Assembly: GCA_041750285.1 (NCBI GenBank)
Contig: JBGSZS010000019.1
Coordinates: 64,001 to 128,000, forward strand
From: Candidatus Fermentibacteraceae bacterium
GTDB taxonomy: Bacteria; Fermentibacterota; Fermentibacteria; Fermentibacterales; JCC-6
Reading direction: 5' to 3'
DNA: 64,000 nucleotides
Shown here: one piece after another, positions 10,129-19,790 of the stretch
How the letters are laid out: each line of letters starts with the position of its first letter
Position numbering within the stretch: the first letter of the stretch is position 1
The notes under the pieces: generated by a model
What the model saw: the letters and a program-made list of their open reading frames with translations, nothing else
Databases searched by the model: none
What the model was told of the DNA's origin: nothing
Program-made: the position numbers and the translations under genes

Positions 10129-10491
10129 ATGTCCAAACCTGACAGAATTCAGCGCCTCCTTCGCCGGCACAGGAGCATCAGGAAGAAGATCTCAGGAACA
10201 GCGGAGCGACCCAGGCTTTTCGTCCGGCGAACCAACCGGCACATGCTTGCGAGTCTCATCGATGACCAGGCCGGCAGGACGCTTCTCTCAATCACCACCG
10301 ACTCCAGGGAGATTGCGGAAGCAGCATCCGGGAGCAAAAGCGACAGGGCTGCGTTCCTTGGAGCAAAACTGGCGGAAAAGGCCAGGGCGATAGGCGTTGA
10401 AAAAGTGGTATTCGACCGGGGCGGTCATCCCTTCCACGGTAGGGTGAAGGCTCTGGCTGAAAAAGCCCGCGAAGGCGGACTGGTTTTCTAG
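10129..10491 (+). CDS. rplR: 50S ribosomal protein L18
   Basis: [29 protein letters not shown]. Confidence 0.98.
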   Translation: MSKPDRIQRLLRRHRSIRKKISGTAERPRLFVRRTNRHMLASLIDDQAGRTLLSITTDSREIAEAASGSKSDRAAFLGAKLAEKARAIGVEKVVFDRGGHPFHGRVKALAEKAREGGLVF

Positions 10492-10501
10492 GGGGCTTTC
10501 A

Positions 10502-11131
10502 ATGGCTGAAGAAAAACAGGGCGGCAGGTCTTCCCGGGGCGCAGGCGCCGCCGGTGGCGGGCCGGGCGCCAGAGGAAACAGGAATCCAAGGGATCGCAAG
10601 GAAGCCAAGGGCAGACAGCGCAAGCCCGAAGTGGTCGAAGACGACGGCCTTGTGGACAGGCTCATTGCGGTCAACCGCTGCGCCAAGGTCACCAAGGGCG
10701 GAAGAACTTTCGGCTTCAACGCAATAGTCGCCGTGGGAGACCAGAACGGCAAGGTCGGTGTTGGTCTCGGAAAGGCAACCGAGCTTCCCGAATCCATCAG
10801 GAAGGCAACCGAAGCCGCCAAGAAGAGCATGATCGAGATCCCAATGATGGACAACCGTACCCTGCCCCACGACATCGTTGGCAGGTACGGCGCGGGGCAG
10901 GTTCTGCTTCGTCCCGCCAGCCCCGGAACGGGTGTCATCGCCGGAAGCGCCGTCCGTGCCATAATGGAGTGTGCCGGCGTCAAGGACGTTCTCACCAAGG
11001 CCCAGGGCACGAGCAACCCTCACAATGTGGTCAAGGCCACCATGAGCGGCCTGAACGACCTCATAACGATCACCAGGGTGAGTTCCATCCGGTCCAAGAT
11101 CATCGCCGGAAGGACGGAGAGCAATGGCTGA
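10502..11131 (+). CDS. rpsE: 30S ribosomal protein S5 with low-complexity N-terminal extension
   Basis: [22 protein letters not shown]. Confidence 0.98.
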   Translation: MAEEKQGGRSSRGAGAAGGGPGARGNRNPRDRKEAKGRQRKPEVVEDDGLVDRLIAVNRCAKVTKGGRTFGFNAIVAVGDQNGKVGVGLGKATELPESIRKATEAAKKSMIEIPMMDNRTLPHDIVGRYGAGQVLLRPASPGTGVIAGSAVRAIMECAGVKDVLTKAQGTSNPHNVVKATMSGLNDLITITRVSSIRSKIIAGRTESNG

Positions 11132-11315
11132 GGCAAAGCTCAGGATCACCAAGGTGAAGAGCTGCATCGGAAGGCAGGAAGTGCAGAAGCGCACACTTGC
11201 CGCCCTTGGGCTCAGAAGGATCAACCAGGTGGTTGAACAGCCCGATAACCCCCAGACCAGGGGCATGATCTTCAGGGTTCGCCACCTTGTCAAAGTGGAA
11301 GAGGTGAAGGCATGA
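11124..11315 (+). CDS. rpmD: 50S ribosomal protein L30
   Basis: [24 protein letters not shown]. Confidence 0.97.
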   Translation: MAEAKLRITKVKSCIGRQEVQKRTLAALGLRRINQVVEQPDNPQTRGMIFRVRHLVKVEEVKA

Positions 11316-11755
11316 GAAGGCTGCAACACCTCCGTCCCGCCGATGGCGCCACGAAAGAGCGTCTTCGGAGGGGATGCGGCCGGGGAACAGGCAATGGCGG
11401 AACTGCCGGCAAGGGCCACAAGGGCCAGAAGGCAAGGGGAAAGGTCCACCCCTGGTTCGAGGGCGGACAGCTCCCCATCCACCGCAGGATGACACACAAG
11501 GGGTTCAGCAATTTCAGGTTCGCCATCGACTACCAGGTCGTGAACGTCGGGATGCTGAACAGGTTCGAGAACTCCACGGTGATCACCCCGGACATCCTCA
11601 AGTGCGCGGGTCTCATCTCTTCCCGGAACAAGCCGGTGAAGATCCTCGGCGACGGCGCGCTTGAGAAAGAGCTCACGGTCTGCGCCCATGCGTTCACGCA
11701 GAGCGCACTCGAGACAATAAAGTCCGCCGGGGGGACCGCAGAGGTGATCGGCTGA
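11312..11755 (+). CDS. rplO: 50S ribosomal protein L15
   Basis: [24 protein letters not shown]. Confidence 0.98.
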   Translation: MRRLQHLRPADGATKERLRRGCGRGTGNGGTAGKGHKGQKARGKVHPWFEGGQLPIHRRMTHKGFSNFRFAIDYQVVNVGMLNRFENSTVITPDILKCAGLISSRNKPVKILGDGALEKELTVCAHAFTQSALETIKSAGGTAEVIG

Positions 11756-13059
11756 TGCGCGGTTTCGAAAGCATCATGAAGATTCAGGAGCTGAGGAAGA
11801 AGATCATATACACCTTCCTGCTCCTGGCGGTATACCGTATAGGCGGGCACATCCCTGTTCCCGGGATTGATGGCGCCGCCCTTCAGCAGGCCTTCAACTC
11901 CGCCGGCGGAATGATGGGCATGTACGACCTGTTCGTGGGCGGGGCCCTCAGCAGGGCCAGCATCTTCGCACTGGGGATCATGCCATACATCTCGGCCTCG
12001 ATCATCATCCAGCTTCTCACTTCCGTGGTGCCCTACTTCGAGAAGCTGAAGAAGGAGGGCGAGGCCGGCAGACAGAAAATGACCGAGATCACCCGATACG
12101 GCACGGTGCTGCTTGGGTTGATCCAGGGTCTGGGCATCTCCCAGTTCATCGTCGGGATGAATCAGCAGGTTCCGGGGGTCGTACCGAACCCCGGTTTGGG
12201 TTTCACCCTGCAGACGGTCCTCACGCTCATCACAGGCACCATCTTCGTGATGTGGCTCGGTGAGCGGATAAGCGAGCGCGGCGTTGGCAACGGCATAAGC
12301 CTCATCATCTTTGCGGGCATCGTCGGCGACCTTCCGCAGGGCGTGATCTCGATGTACCGGGATGTCTTCGTGCTTCAGCAGACAAGTTTCATAAGCATGG
12401 TGTTCCTGCTGATCTTCATGTTCGCCACTGTGGCTTTCGTGGTTCTGATGACCGAAGCCCAGCGGAAGATCCCCGTCACCTACGCGAAGCAGGTCAGGGG
12501 AAGGAAGGTCTACGGAGGCCAGAGCACGTTCATTCCGATCCGTCTCAACACCGCGGGAGTGATCCCCGTCATCTTCGCACAGTCCTTCATGATGTTCCCG
12601 TCGTCCATTGCTATGTTCTTCCCCAACTCCGGGATAGATGAATGGGTGAGCAGCTGGCTTTCCCCCGGCGGCGCCCTTTACAACGTCATCTATGCCGTGC
12701 TCATCATCGTGTTCGCCTATGTGTACACCGCCATAACCTTCAACCCCCAGGACCTCTCCGACAACATGAAGAAGTACGGTGGTTTCATACCTGGCAGAAA
12801 ACCAGGAAAGTCGACGGCGAAGTACATCGAGCGGGTACTTGTAAGAGTGACGCTTCCGGGAGCCATCTTCCTCGCACTCATCGCGGTGCTTCCCATGATC
12901 CTCATCAGGCAGATGGGCGTGAACTTCATGTTCGGCGGCACCAGCCTTCTGATCGTGGTCGGGGTTGCCCTCGAAACCCTCAGGCAGATCGAGACCCATC
13001 TTCTCATGAGGCATTACGATGGTTTCCTCAGCAAGGGAAGGATTCGCGGCCGCCGATGA
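11755..13059 (+). CDS. secY: Preprotein translocase subunit SecY
   Basis: SIFALGIMPYISASII, GNGISLIIF, FGGTSLLIVVGV. Confidence 0.99.
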   Translation: MRGFESIMKIQELRKKIIYTFLLLAVYRIGGHIPVPGIDGAALQQAFNSAGGMMGMYDLFVGGALSRASIFALGIMPYISASIIIQLLTSVVPYFEKLKKEGEAGRQKMTEITRYGTVLLGLIQGLGISQFIVGMNQQVPGVVPNPGLGFTLQTVLTLITGTIFVMWLGERISERGVGNGISLIIFAGIVGDLPQGVISMYRDVFVLQQTSFISMVFLLIFMFATVAFVVLMTEAQRKIPVTYAKQVRGRKVYGGQSTFIPIRLNTAGVIPVIFAQSFMMFPSSIAMFFPNSGIDEWVSSWLSPGGALYNVIYAVLIIVFAYVYTAITFNPQDLSDNMKKYGGFIPGRKPGKSTAKYIERVLVRVTLPGAIFLALIAVLPMILIRQMGVNFMFGGTSLLIVVGVALETLRQIETHLLMRHYDGFLSKGRIRGRR

Positions 13060-13673
13060 TAGTCACCTTCTTCGGTTCACCCGGCTCTGGAAAGGGCACC
13101 CAGGCTGAGCTTGCCGCACAGGCTCTGGGGCTCACCCATGTGTCCACAGGCAAGTATTTCCGCAGGGAGATCCAGCGGAACACTGCCCTTGGAAGCGAGA
13201 TCCGGGATGTTATCGAAGCGGGTAGACTGGTGACCGACGAGATAGTGAACGAGCTTGTTTTCAAACTGATCGATGAGCTGCCTGGGGTGCTCCTCGACGG
13301 CTTCCCCCGGAATGTTTCCCAGGCCGGCAGCCTCGACGGCTTCCTGTCCCAGGAAGACAGAAAGCTCGATGTCGCTTTGTTTCTGGATGTTCCCGAGGCC
13401 GAGGCCGTGGGCAGGCTTGCCGGAAGGCGGCACTGCACTTCGTGCGGCGCTCAAGCGTCCTTCTCCGACGAAGCCTGCAGCTCCTGCGGAGCAGATCTGA
13501 TGCGGCGCACCGATGACGATCCCGAGGTCATCCACAGACGCTTCGAGGAGTACCGTCATCAGACTGCCCCACTCGAGGCGTTCTATGCCGGACGGCTCGT
13601 GAAGGTCGACGGCATCGGAACCGTCGAGCAGGTCCATTCCCGCATCCTGAAGGCGATCGAACCATGGCTGTGA
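13056..13673 (+). CDS. adk: Adenylate kinase with a short Zn-type LID
   Basis: GSPGSGKGTQ, LDGFPR, CxxC..CxxC, RRTDD. ATGA overlap with secY. Confidence 0.96.
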   Translation: MIVTFFGSPGSGKGTQAELAAQALGLTHVSTGKYFRREIQRNTALGSEIRDVIEAGRLVTDEIVNELVFKLIDELPGVLLDGFPRNVSQAGSLDGFLSQEDRKLDVALFLDVPEAEAVGRLAGRRHCTSCGAQASFSDEACSSCGADLMRRTDDDPEVIHRRFEEYRHQTAPLEAFYAGRLVKVDGIGTVEQVHSRILKAIEPWL

Positions 13674-14410
13674 TTACTTCCCGTGACGATATCGCCGCCA
13701 TGCGTGAAGCTTGCAGGGTTGTGAGAAAGGTGCTGACGGAAGCCGGGGCTTTCATCGAGCCGGGGGTAACCACGGCGGAGATCGACGAACTCGGCAGAAG
13801 GATAATCGCAGCGGAGGGTGCCGTTCCCTCCTTCCTGGGTTACAACGGCTATCCTGCAGGGGTCTGTGTATCCGTGAACAACGAGGTGGTCCACGGCATT
13901 CCATCCACAGACCGGACCATCAGGGAAGGCGATCTTGTCAGCGTGGATGTGGGAGCTTTCAAAGGGGGCTTCCATGGCGACGCAGCAGAGACCTTTCCGG
14001 TGGGCAGGGTTATCCCCCTTGCCTCGAAGCTGCTTGAGGTGACCCTCAGGGCAAGGGATCTTGGCATAGCCGCCGCAGTGAGCGGGGGTCATGTGGGAGA
14101 CATCGGAGCCGCGGTTCAACAGGAAGTTGAGAAGAACGGCTTCAGTGTGGTAAGGCAGCTCGTGGGTCACGGCATCGGAAGGCGGCTTCACGAGAAGCCA
14201 CAGGTGCCCAATTATGGGTCGATCGGCAGGGGGATGCGGCTGTCCGACGGATTGCTGCTGGCCATCGAGCCCATGGTCAACTCCGGAGACGCTTTCGTGA
14301 AAACACTTTCCGACGGCTGGACGGTCATCACGGCCGACGGATCGCTTTCCGCACATGCGGAGCATACGGTGATGATTCACGGGCGTGAACCGGAAATATT
14401 GACGGCGTAG
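13664..14410 (+). CDS. map: Methionine aminopeptidase type I
   Basis: SVNNEVVHGIP, GHGIG, AIEPM, SAHAEHT. Confidence 0.98.
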   Translation: MAVITSRDDIAAMREACRVVRKVLTEAGAFIEPGVTTAEIDELGRRIIAAEGAVPSFLGYNGYPAGVCVSVNNEVVHGIPSTDRTIREGDLVSVDVGAFKGGFHGDAAETFPVGRVIPLASKLLEVTLRARDLGIAAAVSGGHVGDIGAAVQQEVEKNGFSVVRQLVGHGIGRRLHEKPQVPNYGSIGRGMRLSDGLLLAIEPMVNSGDAFVKTLSDGWTVITADGSLSAHAEHTVMIHGREPEILTA

Positions 14411-14427
14411 ACATTTATGCGAATAAT
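14399..14427 (+). promoter_or_regulatory. Candidate promoter for the infA-rpmJ-alpha operon
   Basis: TTGACG (14399-14404), N17, AATAAT (14422-14427), in an AT-rich patch at the end of map. Confidence 0.55.
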
Positions 14428-14463
14428 TGGGGTTCTCTTACCACCGGAAGGGAGTGAAGGCAC

Positions 14464-14688
14464 TTGGCAAAAGAACAGGGCGTAGTGGTTGACGGGACCG
14501 TTCTCGAAACACTTCCCAACAACATGTGTCGCGTTCAGCTGGACAAGCCCGAGGGTCATGTGGTCCTTTGCCATGTTTCCGGCAAGATGAGAATGCACTA
14601 CATAAGAATACTGGTGGGCGACAGGGTCACGGTCGAGATCTCCCCCTACGATCTCTCCCGTGGCAGGATCACCTACAGGTACAAGTGA
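14464..14688 (+). CDS. infA: Translation initiation factor IF-1
   Basis: [32 protein letters not shown] start. Confidence 0.98.
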   Translation: MAKEQGVVVDGTVLETLPNNMCRVQLDKPEGHVVLCHVSGKMRMHYIRILVGDRVTVEISPYDLSRGRITYRYK

Positions 14689-14697
14689 GGTTGAAAA

Positions 14698-14814
14698 ATG
14701 AAGGTACGCAGTTCAGTGAAGAAAATCTGCGAATACTGCCGGATTGTTCGACGCAACGGGAAGGTGCTCGTCATCTGCCCACGGAATCCGCGACACAAAC
14801 AACGGCAGGGATAG
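14698..14814 (+). CDS. rpmJ: 50S ribosomal protein L36 (38 aa, absent from the ORF track)
   Basis: Manual translation [38 protein letters not shown]. Confidence 0.97.
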   Translation: MKVRSSVKKICEYCRIVRRNGKVLVICPRNPRHKQRQG

Positions 14815-14843
14815 CCGCATAAAACGGCGACGGAGGTGTAAGA

Positions 14844-15209
14844 TTGGCGAGAATCGCAGGAGTTGACCTGCCCAGGAACAAGCATGTGCTCTACGCTCTT
14901 CCGTACATCCACGGCATTGGGCTCACTAGTTCCAGGTTCATTCTGGACAAGGTCGGGATTCCCATGGACAGGAACACCGATGCCCTTTCGGAAAGCGATG
15001 TGGCTGCTCTTCGCAAGGTCATCGAAGAGGAGTTCAAGGTGGAGGGCGCCCTCAGGGCCGAGGTCAGCATGAACCGTAAACGGCTGATGGATATCGGCTG
15101 CTACCGGGGGCTCAGACATCGCAGGGGTCTTCCAGTCCGGGGACAGAGAACCCACACCAATGCCCGCACCCGCAAGGGTCCCAAGCAGGGCCACACCAGG
15201 AAGCGGTAG
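14844..15209 (+). CDS. rpsM: 30S ribosomal protein S13
   Basis: [30 protein letters not shown] start. Confidence 0.99.
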   Translation: MARIAGVDLPRNKHVLYALPYIHGIGLTSSRFILDKVGIPMDRNTDALSESDVAALRKVIEEEFKVEGALRAEVSMNRKRLMDIGCYRGLRHRRGLPVRGQRTHTNARTRKGPKQGHTRKR

Positions 15210-15220
15210 GGAGGTAGACC

Positions 15221-15622
15221 TTGCCCAAAGCTAAGGGAAAGAGAACAGTCAAGAAGATCACCAGGGTGTCTGATATTAATGGTGTTGCGCACATTAAATC
15301 TTCGTTCAATAATACCCTGGTTTCCATTTCCGACCGGCAGGGAAATGTTATAACATGGGCCAGCGGTGGAACCACCGGGGTCAAGGGAACAAGAAAGAGC
15401 ACGGCCTACGCCGCGAGCCAGGCAGCCGTTCAGGCTGCCGAGAGAGCCATAGAGGCGGGCCTGAAGAAGGTCGAGATATGGGTGATGGGTCCAGGATCAG
15501 GAAGGGAAGCCGCGGTCAGGGCCCTTCAGTCGACTGATCTTGAAGTGATGGCCATCAAAGACATCACCCGGCTGCCTCACAACGGCTGCAGACCTACAAA
15601 GAGACGCAGGGGCAAGTCGTAG
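15221..15622 (+). CDS. rpsK: 30S ribosomal protein S11
   Basis: [23 protein letters not shown] start. Confidence 0.98.
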   Translation: MPKAKGKRTVKKITRVSDINGVAHIKSSFNNTLVSISDRQGNVITWASGGTTGVKGTRKSTAYAASQAAVQAAERAIEAGLKKVEIWVMGPGSGREAAVRALQSTDLEVMAIKDITRLPHNGCRPTKRRRGKS

Positions 15623-15653
15623 GAGGGATTCTCAAGCCTTCAGGGGGAGATGA

Positions 15654-16640
15654 ATGGAATTCATGAAGCTTTACCTGCCGGACCGTATTCAGTGGGAACA
15701 GGAAACACTCACGGAAACCACTGGCAGGCTTGTGATAACACCTCTGGAAAGAGGTTTCGGCCGCACCCTGGGCAACGCGATGAGAAGGGTCATGCTCTCC
15801 TCGCTTGAGGGTGCCGCTCCGGTATCCGTGACCATCAAGGGCGCAAGCCATGAATTCAGCGCCCTTCCGGGAGTAAGGCAGGACGCGTCCGACATCGTTC
15901 TGAACGTGAAATCCCTCAGCATCCGCCATGACGGCGAAGAGCCGTGCACCCTCACCCTCAAGGCTGACAAGCCGGGTGTTTACACGGCTGCTTCCCTTGT
16001 TGGTGACCCCTTGCTGAGGGTGACCAATCCCGATCAGGAGATCGCTGAGATCACAGGCAAGGGTGTTCTGGACCTTGCCATCCTGGTTGAGAAGGGCAAG
16101 GGTTTCGTCACGGTAGACGAGTGGTTCAACAGCGGCAGGGGTCAGGAAATCGGCACCATGCTCGTTGACTCCTGGTTCTGCCCGGTGAAGACGGTGAACT
16201 ACACCGTCGAAAGCGCCCGTGTCGGCGACAGGACAGATTACGACTGCCTTTACATCGACATCACAACCGACGGAAGCCTTACGCCCCAGGAAGCGGTGGA
16301 GAAGACCTGCGCCATTCTGGTCCAGCACTTCAAAATGGTCATGGAGGGCACAGGGGCCGAAACACCCGAGGAAACCGTTGTTGAGAAGGCCGCTGCGGTG
16401 AAGAAGGCTGAAGGCAAGCCAAAAAGCAGCCCCTGGGACTCGGTTCCCATCGATGACGAGGATTTCCAGATGGACAGGAAGTACGTTAACATTCTTAAGT
16501 CCGCCGGGATTGAGACCGTTGGCGGGCTCGCCGCCATGACAGCCGACCAGTTGAAGGCATTCAGCGGCGTGGGCGACAAAACCCTTCAGGTTATAAACGA
16601 GAAGCTTGCTCTGAAGGGCCTGAAGCTGAGAACGGAATAG
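15654..16640 (+). CDS. rpoA: RNA polymerase alpha subunit (divergent CTD)
   Basis: PLERGFGRTLGNAMRRVMLSS, HEFS, RVGDRTDYD. Confidence 0.98.
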   Translation: MEFMKLYLPDRIQWEQETLTETTGRLVITPLERGFGRTLGNAMRRVMLSSLEGAAPVSVTIKGASHEFSALPGVRQDASDIVLNVKSLSIRHDGEEPCTLTLKADKPGVYTAASLVGDPLLRVTNPDQEIAEITGKGVLDLAILVEKGKGFVTVDEWFNSGRGQEIGTMLVDSWFCPVKTVNYTVESARVGDRTDYDCLYIDITTDGSLTPQEAVEKTCAILVQHFKMVMEGTGAETPEETVVEKAAAVKKAEGKPKSSPWDSVPIDDEDFQMDRKYVNILKSAGIETVGGLAAMTADQLKAFSGVGDKTLQVINEKLALKGLKLRTE

Positions 16641-16647
16641 GAAACCC

Positions 16648-17022
16648 ATGCGTCACAGAAAAACGACACCCAAGCTTGGCCGCACAAGGGAAGCCAGGGT
16701 ACGAATGCTGAGGAACCTAGTCACCTCGCTGATCATCGAGGAAAGAGTGACCACAAGCCTGGCACGGGCAAAGGTTGCCCGAAGTCTCGCGGAACGGATC
16801 ATCACCAAGGGCAGGGCCGACACCGTGCACTCCCGCAGGCAGGTTGCCGCCATGGTCTACGGCAGCGACGCCGTCAAGAAGGTGTTCAACGAACTCGGCC
16901 CGAGGTTCACGACCCGCCCCGGTGGCTACACCCGCATCCTTCGCCTCGGCCCCCGGGCGGGAGACGCCGCCGAAGCAGTGATCTTGGAACTGGTGGACGC
17001 TCCCGCAGTGGACAAGAAGTGA
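16648..17022 (+). CDS. rplQ: 50S ribosomal protein L17
   Basis: MRHRK...LGRT, RPGGYTRI, RAGDAA. Confidence 0.98.
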   Translation: MRHRKTTPKLGRTREARVRMLRNLVTSLIIEERVTTSLARAKVARSLAERIITKGRADTVHSRRQVAAMVYGSDAVKKVFNELGPRFTTRPGGYTRILRLGPRAGDAAEAVILELVDAPAVDKK

Positions 17023-17981
17023 AAAGTATTGCCGTTCTTTCCTCGGGCGGTGACGCCCCGGGAATGAACGCCGGAATTCGGGCCACGGTCAGGGCTTCCC
17101 TGAGCCGTGGCCTTTCCGCATACGGCGTTTTTCGCGGTTACGAAGGCCTTATCGACAACAACATGCGTCTTCTGGAATCACGTGATGTTTCGAACATCCT
17201 TCAGCATGGCGGTACGATCCTTCATTCAGCGAGAAGCGACCGCTTCATGACCCCGCAGGGCAAAGCCCAGGCGGCGGCGAATCTGTCGCTCAGAGGCATT
17301 GAGGGTTTGGTTGTCTTCGGCGGTGACGGCAGTTTCAGGGGAGCCCACGATCTCAGCCGGGAACACGGTGTCAGTGTGGTGGGTGTCCCTGCAACGATTG
17401 ACAACGACGTCTGGGGATCGGACTTCACGATTGGCTACGACACGGCCGTCAATACGGCACTCTCTGCGCTGGACAAGGTGCGTGACACTGCGGCTGCGCA
17501 TGACAGGCTGTTCATTGTCGAAGTGATGGGCAGGCATGCGGGCTTCATTGCGCTCGAGGTGGCCATAGGCGGCGGTGCCGAGGCGGTGTTCATCCCTGAA
17601 ACGCCCAACGACATCCCCGGGATCTGCGACAAGGTCAGGGAACGGGTCTCCCGCGGCCGGACATCCAACATCCTTGTGGTCGCCGAGGGCGACGAGGAGG
17701 GGAACGCCTACGCCATTGCAAAAAGGATTGAGGAAATCTCCGGGCTTAAAAGCCGGGTCACGGTCCTGGGGCATGTTCAGAGGGGCGGAAGCCCCACAAC
17801 CAGCGACAGGGTCCTTGCGACAAAACTTGGATGGGCCGCAGTTGAAGCCCTTCTGGAAGGCAGAGCACCCTGCATGGTGGGCGTGGAGAACGGCATGATC
17901 TCGCACCACCCCTTTCCGGATACCTGGCAGAACAAGAAACAACTCGACCCTCTCCTGCTTAAGATCATTCAGGAAATGTAG
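17019..17981 (+). CDS. pfkA: 6-phosphofructokinase
   Basis: SGGDAPGMNA, GGDGS, PATIDND, VEVMGR, LGHVQRGG. GTGA overlap with rplQ. Confidence 0.97.
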   Translation: MKSIAVLSSGGDAPGMNAGIRATVRASLSRGLSAYGVFRGYEGLIDNNMRLLESRDVSNILQHGGTILHSARSDRFMTPQGKAQAAANLSLRGIEGLVVFGGDGSFRGAHDLSREHGVSVVGVPATIDNDVWGSDFTIGYDTAVNTALSALDKVRDTAAAHDRLFIVEVMGRHAGFIALEVAIGGGAEAVFIPETPNDIPGICDKVRERVSRGRTSNILVVAEGDEEGNAYAIAKRIEEISGLKSRVTVLGHVQRGGSPTTSDRVLATKLGWAAVEALLEGRAPCMVGVENGMISHHPFPDTWQNKKQLDPLLLKIIQEM

Positions 17982-17983
17982 CC

Positions 17984-18466
17984 TTGCTCGGAGTCCTCTG
18001 CTACCTGAAGCACGAAGGCCGGACCCTGATGATCCACCGTAACCGGAAACCAGGCGACATTCATCAGGGAAGGTGGAACACGCTGGGTGGCAAGATGGAA
18101 CCCGGTGAAACCCCCGAAGAGTGCGCGATAAGGGAAGTCAGGGAGGAAAGCGGCCTTGAGGTTGAAAACCCCAGGCTGCGGGGTTTCATTACCTTCCCCC
18201 AGTTTGCGGACGAGCAGGACTGGTTCGTCTTCGTCTTCACCTGTACCGAGTTCTCCGGAGAGCTTCTGAAAGAGTGCCCCGAAGGGTCGATTCACTGGGT
18301 GAACGATGCTGACCTGCCCTCACTGCCCCTCTGGGAGGGCGACCACATCTTCATGAACTGGCTGGGATCGGAACGGTTCTGGAGCGCCCGGTTCGAGTAC
18401 GATTCCCGGGGGCTGAAAAACCACTCCGTTGTGTTTCACGGCAAGCCCGACAGCACGCCGGACTGA
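17984..18466 (+). CDS. NUDIX hydrolase, MutT/MutX-like 8-oxo-dGTP diphosphatase
   Basis: Nudix box GGKMEPGETPEECAIREVREESG; C-terminal LWEGD. Confidence 0.9.
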   Translation: MLGVLCYLKHEGRTLMIHRNRKPGDIHQGRWNTLGGKMEPGETPEECAIREVREESGLEVENPRLRGFITFPQFADEQDWFVFVFTCTEFSGELLKECPEGSIHWVNDADLPSLPLWEGDHIFMNWLGSERFWSARFEYDSRGLKNHSVVFHGKPDSTPD

Positions 18467-18472
18467 AGGATA

Positions 18473-19168
18473 CTATTCCCGGCCCCTGCCTCCCCCGATG
18501 AACCTGTAGATCAGTGCTCCCAGCACTGCTCCGAAGATCGGTGCCACCCAGAAGAGCCAGAGCTGTTCGACCGCCCATCCTCCGACGACCAGGGCTACGC
18601 CCGTGCTGCGGGCGGGGTTCACCGATGTGTTCGTGACCGGAATGCTTATCAGATGGATCAGGGTGAGGCAAAGACCGATGGCGATCGGTGCGAGCCCTTT
18701 GGGTGCCCTTTCGTCGGTGGCTCCCAGGATGACGACAAGGAACATCATCGTCATGACCACTTCGGTCAGAAGTGCTGCAAGAAGCGTGTACCCTCCCGGT
18801 GAATGGGCGCCGTAACCGTTCGATGCGAACCCGGCGGAAACGTCAAAGCCGGCCTTTCCGCTGGCAATGAGCAAGAGCACTCCGCCGGCGGCGATTCCGC
18901 CCAGTACCTGGAAAACGATGTAGGGGAGCAGTTCTTTCGCTTTGAAGCGCCCTCCGGCCCAGAGGCCCAGTGATACCGCCGGATTTAGATGGCAACCGGA
19001 TATGTGACCGATCGCGAACGCCATTGTAAGAACCGTGAGACCGAAAGCAAGCGATACTCCCAGCAGACCGATCCCGACATCGGGAAAGCCGGCCGCCAGC
19101 ACTGCGGCACCGCAACCGCCAAGAACGAGCCAGAAGGTTCCGAAAAACTCAGCGACGTACTTTTTCAT
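18473..19168 (-). CDS. aqpZ: Aquaporin Z
   Basis: [11 protein letters not shown] and NTSVNPARS (two NPA motifs), [15 protein letters not shown]. Confidence 0.97.
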   Translation of the reverse strand: MKKYVAEFFGTFWLVLGGCGAAVLAAGFPDVGIGLLGVSLAFGLTVLTMAFAIGHISGCHLNPAVSLGLWAGGRFKAKELLPYIVFQVLGGIAAGGVLLLIASGKAGFDVSAGFASNGYGAHSPGGYTLLAALLTEVVMTMMFLVVILGATDERAPKGLAPIAIGLCLTLIHLISIPVTNTSVNPARSTGVALVVGGWAVEQLWLFWVAPIFGAVLGALIYRFIGGGRGRE

Positions 19169-19222
19169 GGTCTTCCCCCTTGATTTGCGTTAGTAGCGTG
19201 AGACAGAGGTTTCAGTTAGTGC

Positions 19223-19251
19223 AGTATAGCAGGGTGCCGATTACGCAACAA
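19223..19251 (-). promoter_or_regulatory. Candidate aqpZ promoter
   Basis: On the minus strand: TTGTTG, N17 ending TGC, TATACT. Confidence 0.5.
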
Positions 19252-19281
19252 GACCATGGGGCAGACTTAATGGTGCTATCC

Positions 19282-19773
19282 TCAGAGCATCTTCTGCATC
19301 CATACCGTGTCGAACTCCCGTCCCATCTTGATTCCCACGTTCCTGAAACGGCCGCACTCGACGAATCCGTTCTTCAGATGAAAGTTCACACTTCCGGGGT
19401 TCAGGGATGAGATGCTGGCAAGGATGGATGTAATGCCCTTTTCAGCCGCCCCTTGTTCAAGATGTGCCAGAAGCAGACTTCCCAGACCTTTTCCCGTGTG
19501 TTCCGGGTGGATGAAATACGCCGCCTCGGCTGTTCGCGAGAACACGGGCATCGGGTTGTGCGCCCGCAGCATTCCGAATCCCACTACGTTGCCCTGCCTG
19601 TCCCTCGCGGTTCCCGCCGCGTAGCCCTTCGAAAGTTGAAGCAGCATGTCGAATGCCTGTTCGGGCAGCCTGGTTTCCGGGTAGGCTGCAAACGAGTTTT
19701 CGATGTAGTGGTTGAATATCTCCATGACGGGTATGCGGTCTTCAGCAGTAAGCGGTCCGATCGAGTACTCCAT
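19282..19773 (-). CDS. GNAT acetyltransferase (phosphinothricin/YncA-like)
   Basis: IFNHYI, HTGKGLGSLL, N..SVNFH.KNGF..CG.F..VG.K, WMQK. Confidence 0.88.
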   Translation of the reverse strand: MEYSIGPLTAEDRIPVMEIFNHYIENSFAAYPETRLPEQAFDMLLQLSKGYAAGTARDRQGNVVGFGMLRAHNPMPVFSRTAEAAYFIHPEHTGKGLGSLLLAHLEQGAAEKGITSILASISSLNPGSVNFHLKNGFVECGRFRNVGIKMGREFDTVWMQKML

Positions 19774-19790
19774 GGTGTCTCTCTCCCTGT

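Noticed and set aside
8056..14814. Zinc-binding forms of L24, S14, L36 and the Adk LID
   Set aside because: Common variants in many anaerobes and Gram-positives; not novel.
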